From NCBI GenBank assembly GCA_002269645.1, contig NIVC01001008.1:248001-312000 (forward strand): a stretch of DNA of 64,000 nt, given 5' to 3'. Both the position numbers and the translations under genes were made by a program. Shown here piece by piece: positions 25,662 to 38,425 of the stretch. The DNA comes from Macrostomum lignano. Taxonomy: Eukaryota. Position 1 is the first letter of the stretch; every line of letters begins with the position of its first letter. The notes below the pieces were generated by a model, which did not search any database, was not told the DNA's origin, and worked only from the letters and a program-made list of their open reading frames with translations.

Positions 25662-26136
25662 GTGAGTTTATTAGTCTGAGTCTCTAGAGCTCAAAACTAA
25701 AATTTAACAATGTATATCTAATTTCTCCGGTAGTTTAGTGTCACTGACAAGTGTCATGAGGCTTCGAAGTATGCGTCTAAAACATTAAAAAAAACAACAG
25801 TCTCCTCAGACTACTTGAACCAGTATCCAGAAGACTTTTCCCAACGTTGCTTTTGAAGACGTTGTACCAACGTTCAGTGACTATACTCGAAATGAGCAGA
25901 AAATATGCTTCTGTCTTTGAAACGTGTCCAATGGCTTGTAAACGTGTCTTGCAGAGATGTATAAAAGTATAGAATAGGAATCGGTGACCTTTTTTTACCT
26001 CAAGGACCAGATGGAGAACCTAATGCATGACTGCGAATCAGACGAGGGGAGAGAGGAGAGAGAGAAGAGAGATAAAAGAAATGAGATGCAAGGGAATAAA
26101 GAAGCAGAGAAGACAAAGGGCAGGAGATATGAAATA

Positions 26137-26580
26137 GGAGAGGAGCGGAGAGGAGAGGAGAGAAGAGGAGAGGAGAGGAGAGGAGAGGAGAGGAGAGGAG
26201 AGGAGAGGAGAGAGAGGAGAGGAGAGGAGAGGAGAGGAGAGGAGAGAAGAGGAGAGGAGAGGAGAGGAGAGGAGAGGAGAGGAGAGGAGAGGAGAGAAGA
26301 GGAGAGGAGAGGAGAGGAGAGGAGAGGAGAGGAGAGGAGAGGAGAGGAGAGGAGAGGAGAGGAGAGGAGAGGAGAGGAGAGGAGAGGAGAGGAGAGGAGA
26401 GGAGAGAAGAGGAGAGGAGAGAGAGGAGAGGAGAGGAGAGGAGAGGAGCGGAGAGGAGAGGAGAGGAGAGAGAGGAGAGAGAGGAGAGGAAGGAGAGGAG
26501 AGGAGAGGAGAGGAGAGGAGAGGAGAGGAGAGGAGAGGAGAGGAGAGGAGAGGAGAGGAGAGGAGAGGAGAGGAGAGGAG
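26137..26580. repeat. (GGAGA)n microsatellite in cpo intron 5
   Basis: About 85 pentamer units; explains the EERRG and SSPLL ORFs. Confidence 0.97.
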
Positions 26581-26761
26581 GCCTTGAGTGGGTGGGATTG
26601 CTATATTGTGAAGTTTAAAAGGATCCGAGGGAGGCTTTGCGGGCGGGAGTCTGTCGAAACCCCAGTATATAAACTTTCGACAGTACCTAGAAAACATTTC
26701 TAAAAACAAACTTTCGCAAAGGACCCACTGGATTATAATATTTCTAAAAAAAATCCCACAG

Positions 26762-26898
26762 CCGAGCTCACCACAGCTTTTATCCCCACGTCGGACGCCT
26801 GGGCAACTCATCCTGGTTTCTCTTACGCCGACCTGGCCGCGCCGGCTCTGTTCCCGTCCGGACCGCTGCAGCAGCTGACTCAGATGCCCATTCGAGCT
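26762..26898 (+). CDS. cpo: cpo exon 6
   Basis: cccacag|CC-ELTTAFIPTSDAWATHPGFSYADLAAPALFPSGPLQQLTQMPIRA|gtgagt; phase 1 in, phase 0 out, consistent with both neighbours. Confidence 0.85.
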
Positions 26899-27620
26899 GT
26901 GAGTTCGATTCAGGCTCCGCGCTTCATCGTTACCTCGCCTAATTCTCTTCCAGTTTGTTGGGAGTGAATTATGATACGCTCATAAATTGCATATAGCAGC
27001 AGTGTCATATTCTCGAGCTTGACTTGAACTTGAACGGATATCAGATCCACTTCAGACTGGCAATCCCGCGTTAGTTTTTGGGCCGATGTTTTACCGCTCA
27101 GAAACATGTTACTTTACTAACCTGTGCATTAATATTTGAATTACGAGACAATTTACAGAGAGAGCTATTTTATTAACCATTTTAAATTCGACTTCGACTG
27201 GCCTTTCTTCAAAATGTCGCATCTGCCCACTTCTCTCTTCCCGTTTATACACTTCCTCCCTATCCATTTCTCACTCTGTTTTGCACAGATAAATATAAAA
27301 AATCACACACAAACACACCGAGAGCACCGCGGCGTCCGCACCTGCTGCACCAACTTCCCAACTTTCTGACAAGGAATTGTTGTAGGAGTAGGAGTGGCGG
27401 CACAGGCTATATGCAGACATAGGCTAGGAAAAGACGTTTCCCCGGCTCGAAGTTTGACAGGATTTTAGTTCCGTCATTTGGTGGAAAGCGATCTAGACAT
27501 CAATGAAAGCCTTAATGCTCTGAGAAGCCTCATAGCTAATAGTGTGGATAAAACCCGTCAAGCCAGCCATTAGATGGCAGAATTCACGCATTTGGCTAAG
27601 CTATCCCGCTCGCTACCCAG

Positions 27621-27767
27621 GCTTTCATGCCAGTGATGCCGCCAACTTCCGGCTCCGCCGCCGCCGCCGCTGCCGCAGCCGCCGCGGCCGCCGCCTCTAC
27701 CGGTTATCAACCATCGCCGGGTTCCTCTACTAGTCAGCAGCAGCAACAGCAGCAGCAGCAACAACAA

Positions 27768-27799
<32 letters not shown>

Positions 27800-27865
27800 G
27801 GCCTTGTACGTGAATAGCCTGGGCCAACTGTGCACTGAGCAGGACGTTAAGGACTTGTTCTCCAG
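27621..27865 (+). CDS. cpo: cpo exon 7 (poly-Ala, about 22 Gln, start of RRM2)
   Basis: cccag|AFMPVMPP..QQQ-ALYVNSLGQLCTEQDVKDLFS-AG|gtatgc; resembles the cpo RRM2 start TLFVANLGQFVSEHELK. Confidence 0.88.
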
Positions 27866-28452
27866 GTATGCCAAACATTTAAGGGTGGTGGGTGTTAGCA
27901 ATAATTCTATTGCGTGAATTGAGCAGTCAATCTGAGACTGTTATTCATTACGAATCTTTACCCTGTTAATCACCCGAACTGACTAGCACCCGCTTATCAA
28001 AGCAGCAGTTCTGAGCAGGCGCTGAGGAATCTCAGGTGTGTTTTCTATTTAAACAAGCGTCTTAATTCAGAATGCAGAGAAAGAGCTGTAGATGAATTTT
28101 CATTTTTGCTGAATTCGGAACGCATTTAGAGCTGCAGTGAGCAACCCTACAAGTAACGGTTTGCACCGACCTATACTTTGTTTTTATCGCACCTTTTTTA
28201 CTTTTTTCTTATTCTTTTAATCAAGGTCACTGACAAATTTTACGCTGAGTTGGTTGTCTCATCTTTCTCTGAGACTCGTAGCTAGAGCTATATTAGTTTG
28301 CAGTTCATGATTCCTAATATATCAAACATGCGGGCATATCCGTTCAAGTTCAAGACCTAAATTTAGTGCGAAATGTCCTTCCTGTGGGTTCCAATGTCAA
28401 CCGCTAGTCGAATGGCTCTCACACTGTTTGCACAACTCGCTGTCAATTTCAG

Positions 28453-28516
28453 CTACCCAGGCTTCTGTAAAGCGCCAATCACAGATCACAAACGGCTGTA
28501 CGGATGCACAGAATAA
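28453..28516 (+). CDS. cpo: cpo putative terminal exon 8
   Basis: aatttcag|C completes AG|C = Ser, then YPGFCKAPITDHKRLYGCTE*; SYPGFC matches the RRM2 SFPGFC segment; TAA overlaps AATAAA at 28512-28517. Confidence 0.6.
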
Positions 28517-28633
28517 AGAAGAGATCTCAACTCACACGCTGGCAACGTTCGCCTGTGAGAATTGGATGACTGGGGTAAGACTGAGTACATTTAGCACCCT
28601 CTAGATCATATTTACGCGTACATGGAATCGGTC

Positions 28634-30886
28634 CAGGGGCGTCGCCACCCGGGAGACAGGGGACATGCCAACGCTTTGCCCCCCCCACCTTGTCACCAGT
28701 TATGGAAATCAATAATTTTGCTTTAGGGCGTCAAAAAAAGTGCCCACGACGCTAAAAATGCTTGCCTGCGGCGCCAAAATGAGTGCCTGCCTGCGGCGCT
28801 AAAATGAGTGCCTGCCTGCGGCGCCAAAATGAGTGTCTGCCTGCGGTGCCAAAATGAGTGTCTGCCTGCGGTGCCAAAATGAGTGCCTGCCTGCGGTGCC
28901 AAAATGAGTGCCTGCCTGCGGTGCCAAAATGAGTGTCTGCCTGCGGCGCTAAAATGAGTGTCTGCCTGCGGTGCCAAAATGAGTGTCTGCCTGCGGCACC
29001 AAAATGGGCGCCTGCCTGCGGTGCCAAAATGAGTGTCTGCCTGCGGCGCTAAAATGAGTGTCTGCCTGCGGTGCCAAAATGAGTGTCTGCCTGCGGCGCC
29101 AAAATGAGTGTCTGCCTGCGGCGCTAAAATGAGTGTCTGCCTGCGGCGCTAAAATGAGTGTCTGCCTGCGGCGCCAAAATGAGTGTCTGCCTGCGGCACC
29201 AAAATGGGCGCCTGCCTGCGGTGCCAAAATGAGTGTCTGCCTGCGGCGCTAAAATGAGTGTCTGCCTGCGGTGCCAAAATGAGTGTCTGCCTGCGGCGCC
29301 AAAATGAGTGTCTGCCTGCGGCGCTAAAATGAGTGTCTGCCTGCGGCGCCAAAATGGGCGCCTGCCTGTCGCGTCAAAATGAGTGTCTGCCTGCGGCGCT
29401 AAAATGTCTGCCTGCGGTGCCAAAATGAGCGCCTGCCTGCGGCACCAAAATGGGCGCCTGCCTGCGGTGCCAAAATGAGTGTCTGCCTGCGGCGCTAAAA
29501 TGAGTGCCTGCCTGCGGTGCCAAAATGAGTGTCTGCCTGCGGCGCTAAAATGAGTGTCTGCCTGCGGTGCCAAAATGAGCGCCTGCCTGCGGCACCAAAA
29601 TGGGCGCCTGCCTGCGGTGCCAAAATGAGTGTCTGCCTGCGGCGCTAAAATGAGTGTCTGCCTGCGGTGCCAAAATGAGTGTCTGCCTGCGGCGCCAAAA
29701 TGAGTGTCTGCCTGCGGTGCTAAAATGAGTGTCTGCCTGCGGCGCCAAAATGGGCGCCTGCCTGTCGCGTCAAAATGAGTGTCTGCCTGCGGCGCTAAAA
29801 TGTCTGCCTGCGGTGCCAAAATGAGCGCCTGCCTGCGGCGCCAAAATGAGTGTCTGCCTGCGGCGCTAAAATGAGTGTCTGCCTGCGGTGCCAAAATGAG
29901 TGTCTGCCTGCGGTGCCAAAATGAGTGCCTGCCTGCGGCGCTAAAATGAGTGTCTGCCTGCGGTGCCAAAATGAGCGCCTGCCTGCGGCACCAAAATGGG
30001 CGCCTGCCTGCGGTGCCAAAATGAGTGTCTGCCTGCGGCGCTAAAATGAGTGTCTGCCTGCGGTGCCAAAATGAGTGTCTGCCTGCGGCGCTAAAATGAG
30101 TGTCTGCCTGCGGCGCCAAAATGAGTGTCTGCCTGCGGCGCCAAAATGGGCGCCTGCCTGTCGCGTCAAAATGGGTGTCTGCCTGCGGCGCTAAAATGTC
30201 TGCCTGCGGTGCCAAAATGAGCGCCTGCCTGCGGCGCCAAAATGAGTGTCTGCCTGCGGCGCCAAAATGAGTGTCTGCCTGCGGCGCCAAAATGAGTGTC
30301 TGCCTGCGGCGCCAAAATGGGCGCCTGCCTGTCGCGTCAAAATGAGTGTCTGCCTGCGGCGCTAAAATGTCTGCCTGCGGTGCCAAAATGAGCGCCTGCC
30401 TGCGGCGCCAAAATGAGTGTCTGCCTGCGGCGCTAAAATGAGTGTCTGCCTGCGGCGCTAAAATGAGTGTCTGCCTGCGGCGCCAAAATGAGTGTCTGCC
30501 TGCGGCGCTAAAATGAGTGCCTGCCTGCGGTGCCAAAATGAGTGCCTGCCTGCGGCGCTAAAATGAGTGTCTGCCTGCGGCGCCAAAATGAGTGTCTGCC
30601 TGCTGCGCCAAAATGGGCGCCTGCCTGTCGCGTCAAAATGAGTGTCTGCCTGCGGCGCTAAAATGTCTGCCTGCGGTGCCAAAATGAGCGCCTGCCTGCG
30701 GCACCAAAATGGGCGCCTGCCTGCGGTGCCAAAATGAGTGTCTGCCTGCGGCGCTAAAATGAGTGCCTGCCTGCGGTGCCAAAATGAGTGTCTGCCTGCG
30801 GCGCCAAAATGAGCGCTAGCAAGACGGATTCTCAAAATAATGTACATGTAGAATTCTTGACTTGTCCCCCCATCATTAAATCTCTG
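28634..30886. mobile_element. hAT-type MITE (same family as 9302-9572) carrying a 2-kb internal minisatellite
   Basis: Left TIR CAGGGGCGTCGCCA; both arms align to the 9302 copy (GGAAATCAATAATTTTGCTTTA; GATTCTCAAAATAATGTACATGTAG); right TIR eroded to ..CTCTG; flanks AATCGGTC (28626-28633) and AATCGGTT (30887-30894), a 7/8 TSD. Confidence 0.88.
28762..30815. repeat. 25-bp minisatellite inside the MITE, about 80 copies
   Basis: Unit AAAATGAGTGTCTGCCTGCGGCGCC with recurring variant blocks; explains the APQADTHF ORFs. Confidence 0.97.
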
Positions 30887-33644
30887 AATCGGTTTGAGAG
30901 AAATCGTCCCCCCCCCCTGTTCACCAATAAGCTGATTGGCCGGGTCACGTATACATATTCACGTACTATGTACATTTATTTAGTCTTGGGGCCATTATAT
31001 TAAATGTACATTGATTTTCTACTCCTCTGCCCCGACACTTCACTTGAAGCCAATTCCTCCGGACAAAGCTCACCCAATCAATAAAAGCCATGAATAGTAT
31101 GATACTACTTTGTTAATAAGTAGTCCAAATGTATTGGGTGGAAATACTTAGATAATGTTTTTAACGTAACTCCACTCGACCAGAAAAATATACTCCATCT
31201 TAAAACTTTCAATTACAGACTACAATTGGCTCGTGAACAGTGCGTGCAAAATTTGTTTTTATAAAAAAATTAAAATAACATTGCGTTGAATATGCGTCGT
31301 CGAAATAAAGTTGCTCTTTCTCATTGACCATTTTTACAGTAAGGAAAAATATGCTTAACAATGCTTCTAGATTAATACAGTACTCAGCCACAATTTTTAA
31401 TGTACATCCGCAACTCTACATGTAAGCTAGCATTGGTGCGACCCCCTTTCTTATGTTTTTAATGTCTTCTTATTTTGATCTCTCAGTTCCCCCTGACAAT
31501 CTTTGTGCGAGCTAACTTTTAAAAGTTTCAAATATTAACAAAATTTATTGTGTCATTTTAACTCACATTAACGTGCAATAATTAACTTTCTGTTATTTTA
31601 ATCATTGTCCTTTAGAAATTCTGGTTCTCTAATATTCGTCACAATGTCCGCATCCCTTACATTCGTGCCCGAATACTTGCCTAGGAATTCTCTTTGATTC
31701 CCCCGAGTAAAAATCTCCGACAGCTGTAATCAATATCACACTCACTATCATACTTAAAATGCTATATAATTTATATACTATCTATGAAAATACTTCGCTA
31801 TCACTTATACTTTTCTATGAGTTTTTAAATCATTATAACTAATATTAATTTTTTCAATGCAAAACTTGGAGTGCAATGCTTGATCTTGAAATTTTGATTT
31901 ATAATAATTTTTGTTAAAATCAATAGTGCAAAAAGTGCTCGCCCTGTACCACAATAACAATTATTTACACCGCATGTAAATATGATCCTCTGTGATGCAT
32001 ATTTACCAAGTTATCATCAAATAACTTAATCTTCCATGCAAACAAAAAACTTTTGTGAAGGACCGAAATTCGCCCTAACTAAAAGTTGTAGACTCTGTGC
32101 TTGCTAGATGCTACTACTAACGAATGTAAAGTAGTTTATTCTTGCCTGCTTTACATAGATTAGACAAATAAAAGAACGTCAGGTAGCATGTCTCTGCAAG
32201 AATCAATGAGCTTTGCTTTCAAGGGCTCTCAGGGTTTTGCAAGTTAACAGCAGATGAAAGAATATATTAGAAATATCATATTGAAAATAATTACTGTGCC
32301 CCACAATGCTATATTGTCTTGTTAATATTATTTTTATAACTGGAGCATTCGCATAAAGAATTTCAGCAGCCACAATTGCACCCGCTGCAATGCATTGGAA
32401 TGTATGTGGTATGACATATTCCACAACACCAATCGGGAAAGGATATACTATATAAAAGAAAAGATCAAGTGTTAAAACTGTCAGATAGTTAGACTTTCAA
32501 CTGCACCAGCAACTGTTGCACACACCGGAGCACCGCACTGAACTCACGCCTACACAATCCAACCTGCCGCACTTAAGATTATATTTACTTAGCCAGGTAC
32601 CATGCAGTACCTCACTGTTGTCACTGAAAGCTGGAATTACGTCTTAACTAAAATTGTGTGCCACGCAAAAAAATTGAAGGAAAGAGTTTATCGCAGATGA
32701 TCGTTAATTACATTGATTAAGCGAGAGGCGTCAACTTACTCGCCTCTAGTTTTTGTTTTAACACGATCGGTACGCGTATGTCGAAATTATTTGCTTAACA
32801 GAATTCCCTATGTTGTGCATTTGACTTGCTCAATTAATGCAACTCACATCATCATGAATAAGGCTATTATCATTTTTATTGAATAAAAATGACATATAGT
32901 AGTTGATATATAGTTTCCCACTTTTCTCAATATTATCTGGCCTAAGCAGTGATCCTCTATATATAAGATTGCGTACAGGCTGCCGTACTCAACTTGAGAA
33001 TTTCAGGTTTTGTTGGTCTCAAACTAAAAGACGCTATTTTATCAATGATCTCATTGACAGAGATTGTGTTGTACAAACTGTACGATTTGCGTTTGATACT
33101 ACTTAGCTCTCTTTTGATAAGTAATATATGTACGGCCAATAACTTGAAAATGTACAAGAAATTCGATCGGTTATATTTGTTACACGAAACATATATATTT
33201 TCCAAGAAAGCATTCGTTTTCTATCAATATTCTATGATTTTATGCGAAAAATCTTTTTAAAGAAAGCAGACTGTTTTATGCAAATTATGGTTATTTTATA
33301 TCCAACCACTCTTCTATCCCTCTAAAGTTATGTCAGACATATATGTACTTTTAGCTTCTTGCCTGTGCCTCTGTGCAGTACAGCAGCTGATCAATAAAAG
33401 TTCTACGCCTCTTACTCGTGAGTTATCAGCTGAAAAATTTGCAGCTGTTTTTATTGACAACTGCCTCGGGTAAAATTGAGACCTGCCAATCAGGCTGATT
33501 CTGACTCGAAGTTCTAGGAGTTGGAAAAAATGGCTGCTACTACCAGATGGAGTTGGACTAGAGTTCAGAATAAGAGAAAGAAAGCATATGGGACAGAATT
33601 AGAGTGGAAACTCAATAAAGACCATGCAGATAAAAATCAGGTGG

Positions 33645-33846
33645 AAACTACATAGAGACCAGATAGAAACACCATAGAGACCAGATAGAAACACCATAGA
33701 GACCAGATAGAAACTCCATAGAGACCAGATAGAAACTCCATAGAGACCAGATAGAAACTCCATAGAGAACAGATAGAAACATCATAGAGACCGGATAGAA
33801 ACTCCATAGAGACCAGATAGAAACTCCATAGAGACCAGATAGAAAC
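33645..33846. repeat. 22-bp minisatellite, about 9 copies
   Basis: Unit CATAGAGACCAGATAGAAACTC. Confidence 0.92.
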
Positions 33847-34422
33847 CAGATACGGACAATAACAAGCAATGCAAGACCAGATATTAGGTGAGCTTATATA
33901 AAAATAACAGGTGTATGTAGGCAAGACAAAGCCAAAAACAAAGACCCACCAAAAGTGGGCGCTGAAACCGAGACGGGCAATTCAAAGAAAAACAACTTCA
34001 ACTAACACAGAATGGAAGCCATTGTTGACATTTAAACAGACCATCATTTGTTCACGAACTTAAAAGTACATGCAAGCCATAGGGCCTAGGCTCGATTCCA
34101 AGTGCAGTCACATTAATTTGGGGCTACATTGAAATCTCAGCTTGGCTCTGCTCGTGCAATTAACGGCCGTGAAGTGTACATACCAAACGATAAATAAAGT
34201 TAGGGCCGCTGTGCACTCCTGTGTGAGTGTGTGCCTGTGCGTGTGACTGCGTACGTATCCGCGCGCTTGTGTGCGCTGCTCAGAGGAGTCGGCGGAATGG
34301 GCAGTAATGCCTCTTGCCGGTTGTGTGACAATGTCGCTTAAAGTGCGCCAGGGTGCACGCAGCCCCCTGACTCTAACTAATCCAACTAACTAGATTAGTG
34401 GTCAGTTTGAGCGGCAAGAGTT

Positions 34423-34625
34423 TCAGGTCTCGTGCTCAGCCTGCTCGTGCTCAGTCAGTGGCAGGTGCATGCTGGTCAGGCCGTAGGCATCCTGACGCTG
34501 TTTCCGCAGCCGGACAGTCAGCATCAGGGCGAGCAGCGTCAGAGGGAACAGGGCGGCGATGAGCGCCAGGCCCCAGCGGAAGAATGCCTCCTGTCCAGCG
34601 GACTCAGCTGAGACTGCGGAACCGC
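34423..34625 (-). CDS. SUEL-lectin-like membrane protein, terminal exon (TM and short cytoplasmic tail)
   Basis: gtcgacag|GC, phase 1; GGSAVSAESAGQEAFFRWGLALIAALFPLTLLALMLTV-RLRKQRQDAYGLTSMHLPLTEHEQAEHET*; hydrophobic stretch followed by a basic stop-transfer. Confidence 0.8.
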
Positions 34626-34749
34626 CTGTCGACGAGTGCGGGAGGAAATTTATTCGACTGGTTTGAAAAAGAACAAAAAATTAATAATTTAACTTCATAC
34701 TTGCATACTACAGCAGTGCTACTTCAGGCTAGGGTTTAGGGACCACAAG

Positions 34750-35024
34750 TCTGGTCAGTTCGACTCAGGTCTGGTCATTGCAGGTCAGTTGGCGGGTTTT
34801 GTCAGGTATGAGTCAGGTCTGGTCAGATCGGGTTAGGTCTGGTCAGATCGGGTTAGGTCTGGTCAGATCGGGTCAGGTCTGGTCAGTTCGACTCAGGTCT
34901 GGTCATTGCAGGTCAGTTGGCGGGTTTTGTCAGGTATGAGTCAGGTCTGGTCATATCGGGTTAGGTCTGGTCAGATCGGGTCAGGTTTGGTCAGATCGGG
35001 TCAGGTCTGGTCAGATCGGGTCAG
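34750..35024. repeat. 20-bp repeat with a about 128-bp higher-order duplication, in the lectin-gene intron
   Basis: TCAGGTCTGGTCAGATCGGG units; the block starting CTGGTCAGTTCGACTC occurs at 34751 and 34879. Confidence 0.85.
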
Positions 35025-35039
35025 TTAAGATCATCTCAC

Positions 35040-35396
35040 CTAGGCAGGAGAAGTCCACACGCAGATATTGGCGGTTGTTAAGACGCCCTTTAAGCTTGGA
35101 TTTGCAGGACAAGTCGTTCTCCGAGGCTTCAGTCAAGGAAGTTGCTACAGCATCTGCCGTTTGAAGTCGGCATTCAGGCCGGTTGTCGCATTTCTGCACC
35201 GCCCAGGTGAGCACAGAGATACGACAGGTAGAAGAAGGACTGCTGTTGCGGCGGCGGCTACGGCTGCTGTTGCCTTCGCTGCAGGGGTCGCCGGCCGAGT
35301 CGCTGTCCAGGTAGGCGTACCAGATCTTCAGCAGGCTTGTTGGCGGCTGGCAAGTCAAGTTGAGACTAGCATCTGAGCCGCAGAGGGTCACCGAGC
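35040..35396 (-). CDS. Divergent SUEL/rhamnose-binding (Gal_lectin)-like domain exon
   Basis: gctcag|GC..CTA G|gtgaga, symmetric phase 1-1, 357 nt; Cys spacing LC..LNLTC..IWYAY..PC..C..KCDNRPEC..SC..YLRVDFSC fits the SUEL pattern; signal-peptide exon not located. Confidence 0.75.
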
Positions 35397-36853
35397 CTGA
35401 GCAGCGAGAATGAGGTCGAGTTGGTCAAAGCCCGATCTGCAGCTTGGGTTAAAACTGATATCCTCTGTTGAACTGAAGTTTGATAGCTAAATCAATTTTT
35501 ATCATTCAGAAGTTGAAATGTCCAAGTTATCAGTGGTGGCTATAAAAGAGAGAGATTTCCCGCAGGACGGCAGTGGTTGGAGAGAAAGTGTTGTTAAAGC
35601 CCTGACGCCTGGACAGTGCATAGGAGGAGTCGGGTTAATTGCCATTGGGGCGAGATAAAGATTAGGGAAACGAGACGTTACCAAACATGCAGAAATTCAC
35701 CTGCTGTAGCCTCTCTCTCTCGAACCTGTCTTAGGGGGCATAAATCACACTCAGCTATCAGATTATAGTCGAATCGAGAGTGCCACCATAACAAGCCGGG
35801 TTGTATGGGCTTAATTGGCAACTGAGAGTGCTGTAGGTGCGTAATTTACGTGCAATAATTTATAACTAGCTAAAGCATATAAGCAGCAGATGTAGATAGG
35901 CTAAGTTTCTGCATTCCAGCTTCGATCCGTGTATAAATCTGTTTTTTTCTTATACGATTTACCGATACGGTTATCCTTCATAACTTCTGTTAGTGTTTAA
36001 ACAAAAAACTAATTAAACTTGGTATCATCTTTTGTGATGAATATAGTGAATTTATATTAGCTGCATTTTTTTCAATGAGTCAATTGAATTTCATAAAATA
36101 TGAATGTTGAATAATTGCATTTGTTAGATTGAATTATTTTGTTTAGATTATATTTTAATTCTTTCGTTAATTTTTCTACGAGTATGTAGTTTTCAGGCAC
36201 TAACTAAATTGGTTAAACCAATGCCTACACATAAATACGTTGGTTTAATAAATAATTATATATTTGATAAAACTTAGTTTTCTCATTCAAGTGACAATGA
36301 TAACGTAACAGAAAATTAATAAAGGAGAATGAAAAATCTAGGAAAAATAATTATTTAACCAGATATTTTCATTTAGAAATTATTTCTTTCTTCCAAATGA
36401 AAAGTTTTAATTAGCTAAAAACTGTTTAAAAGTTTTAATACTTTTCATTTTTACCTTCGTTAGTAACATCATAATTTCTAACATTATTGTGATTCTGATC
36501 GATACCCTAATAGGTAATCTCAAGAAAAAAATACACTTTTGCAAACATTTATTTCTACCCGATTCTAACTTAGAAATAACAGAGTTGTGCGCAAAAAAGT
36601 TACATTATGTATTTTTTAAACTCCAACTCCCAAATCCACATTTTAATTCAAGTTCTCCTTGGCCAGGGAGCTCTGGCTTCTTAAGCCAAAGAGTTATGAG
36701 TTTGCTGTTGGCTACTTTGGCTAAGCACTTCAGCCTCGGAATCAGACACTGAATAGGAGGAAGCCGTCACAATAGCTGCGAGGCTGCAGTGCGCGGGCTG
36801 GCACTTCCAAAGGCACACGACATCCGGACTCAAATCTGTCCGCCGGAACAGCT

Positions 36854-36898
36854 TCAACTTTTTTTAGTAAAGTAGCGAGCAGGCTGGGTTTGGCTAAA
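36854..36898 (-). CDS. Possible terminal exon of an unidentified gene
   Basis: ttttcaaacccag|FSQTQPARYFTKKS*; phase-compatible with the 38493-38561 candidate; no homology recognised. Confidence 0.22.
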   Translation of the reverse strand, partial: FSQTQPARYFTKKS

Positions 36899-36915
36899 CT
36901 GGGTTTGAAAATATT

Positions 36916-38425
36916 GATGTAGGCTAGATTAGCAATCCATTCTATTCCTGCATCCATGATGTAGGCTAGATTAGCAATCCATTCTATTCCTGCATCCATG
37001 ATGTAGGCTAGATTAGCAATCCATTATATTCCTGCATCCATGATGTAGGCTAGATTAGCAATCCATTCTATTCCTGCATCCATGATGTAGGCTAGATTAG
37101 CAATCCATTCTATTCCTGCATCCATGATGTAGGCTAGATTAGCAATCCATTCTATTCCTGCATCCATGATGTAGGCTAGATTAGCAATCCATTCTATTCC
37201 TGCATCCACGATGTAGGCTAGATTAGCAATCCATTCTATTCCTGCATCCATGATGTAGGCTAGATTAGCAATCCATTCTATTCCTGCATCCATGATGTAG
37301 GCTAGATTAGCAATCCATTCTGTTCCTGCATCCATGATGTAGGCTAGATTAGCAATCCATTCTATTCCTGCATCCACGATGTAGGCTAGATTAGCAATCC
37401 ATTCTATTCCTGCATCCATGATGTAGGCTAGATTAGCAATCCATTCTGTTCCTTCATCCATGATGTAGGCTAGATTAGCAATCCATTCTATTCCTGCATC
37501 CATGATGTAGGCTAGATTAGCAATCCATTCTATTCCTGCATCCATGATGTAGGCTAGATTAGCAATCCATTCTATTCCTGCATCCACGATGTAGGCTAGA
37601 TTAGCAATCCATTCTATTCCTGCATCCATGATGTAGGCTAGATTAGCAATCCATTCTATTCCTGCATCCATGATGTAGGCTAGATTAGCAATCCATTCTG
37701 TTCCTTCATCCATGATGTAGGCTAGATTAGCAATCCATTCTATTCCTGCATCCATGATGTAGGCTAGATTAGCAATCCATTCTATTCCTGCATCCATGAT
37801 GTAGGCTAGATTAGCAATCCATTCTATTCCTGCATCCACGATGTAGGCTAGATTAGCAATCCATTCTATTCCTGCATCCATGATGTAGGCTAGATTAGCA
37901 ATCCATTCTATTCCTGCATCCATGATGTAGGCTAGATTAGCAATCCATTCTGTTCCTGCATCCATGATGTAGGCTAGATTAGCAATCCATTCTATTCCTG
38001 CATCCACGATGTAGGCTAGATTAGCAATCCATTCTATTCCTGCATCCATGATGTAGGCTAGATTAGCAATCCATTCTGTTCCTTCATCCATGATGTAGGC
38101 TAGATTAGCAATCCATTCTATTCCTGCATCCATGATGTAGGCTAGATTAGCAATCCATTCTATTCCTGCATCCATGATGTAGGCTAGATTAGCAATCCAT
38201 TCTATTCCTGCATCCATGATGTAGGCTAGATTAGCAATCCATTCTATTCCTGCATCCATGATGTAGGCTAGATTAGCAATCCATTCTATTCCTGCATCCA
38301 TGATGTAGGCTAGATTAGCAATCCATTCTATTCCTGCATCCATGATGTAGGCTAGATTAGCAATCCATTCTATTCCTGCATCCACGATGTAGGCTAGATT
38401 AGCAATCCATTCTATTCCTGCATCA
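36916..38425. repeat. 42-bp minisatellite, about 36 copies
   Basis: Unit GATGTAGGCTAGATTAGCAATCCATTCTATTCCTGCATCCAT; explains the 473-aa IMDAGIEWIANLAY ORF. Confidence 0.98.
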
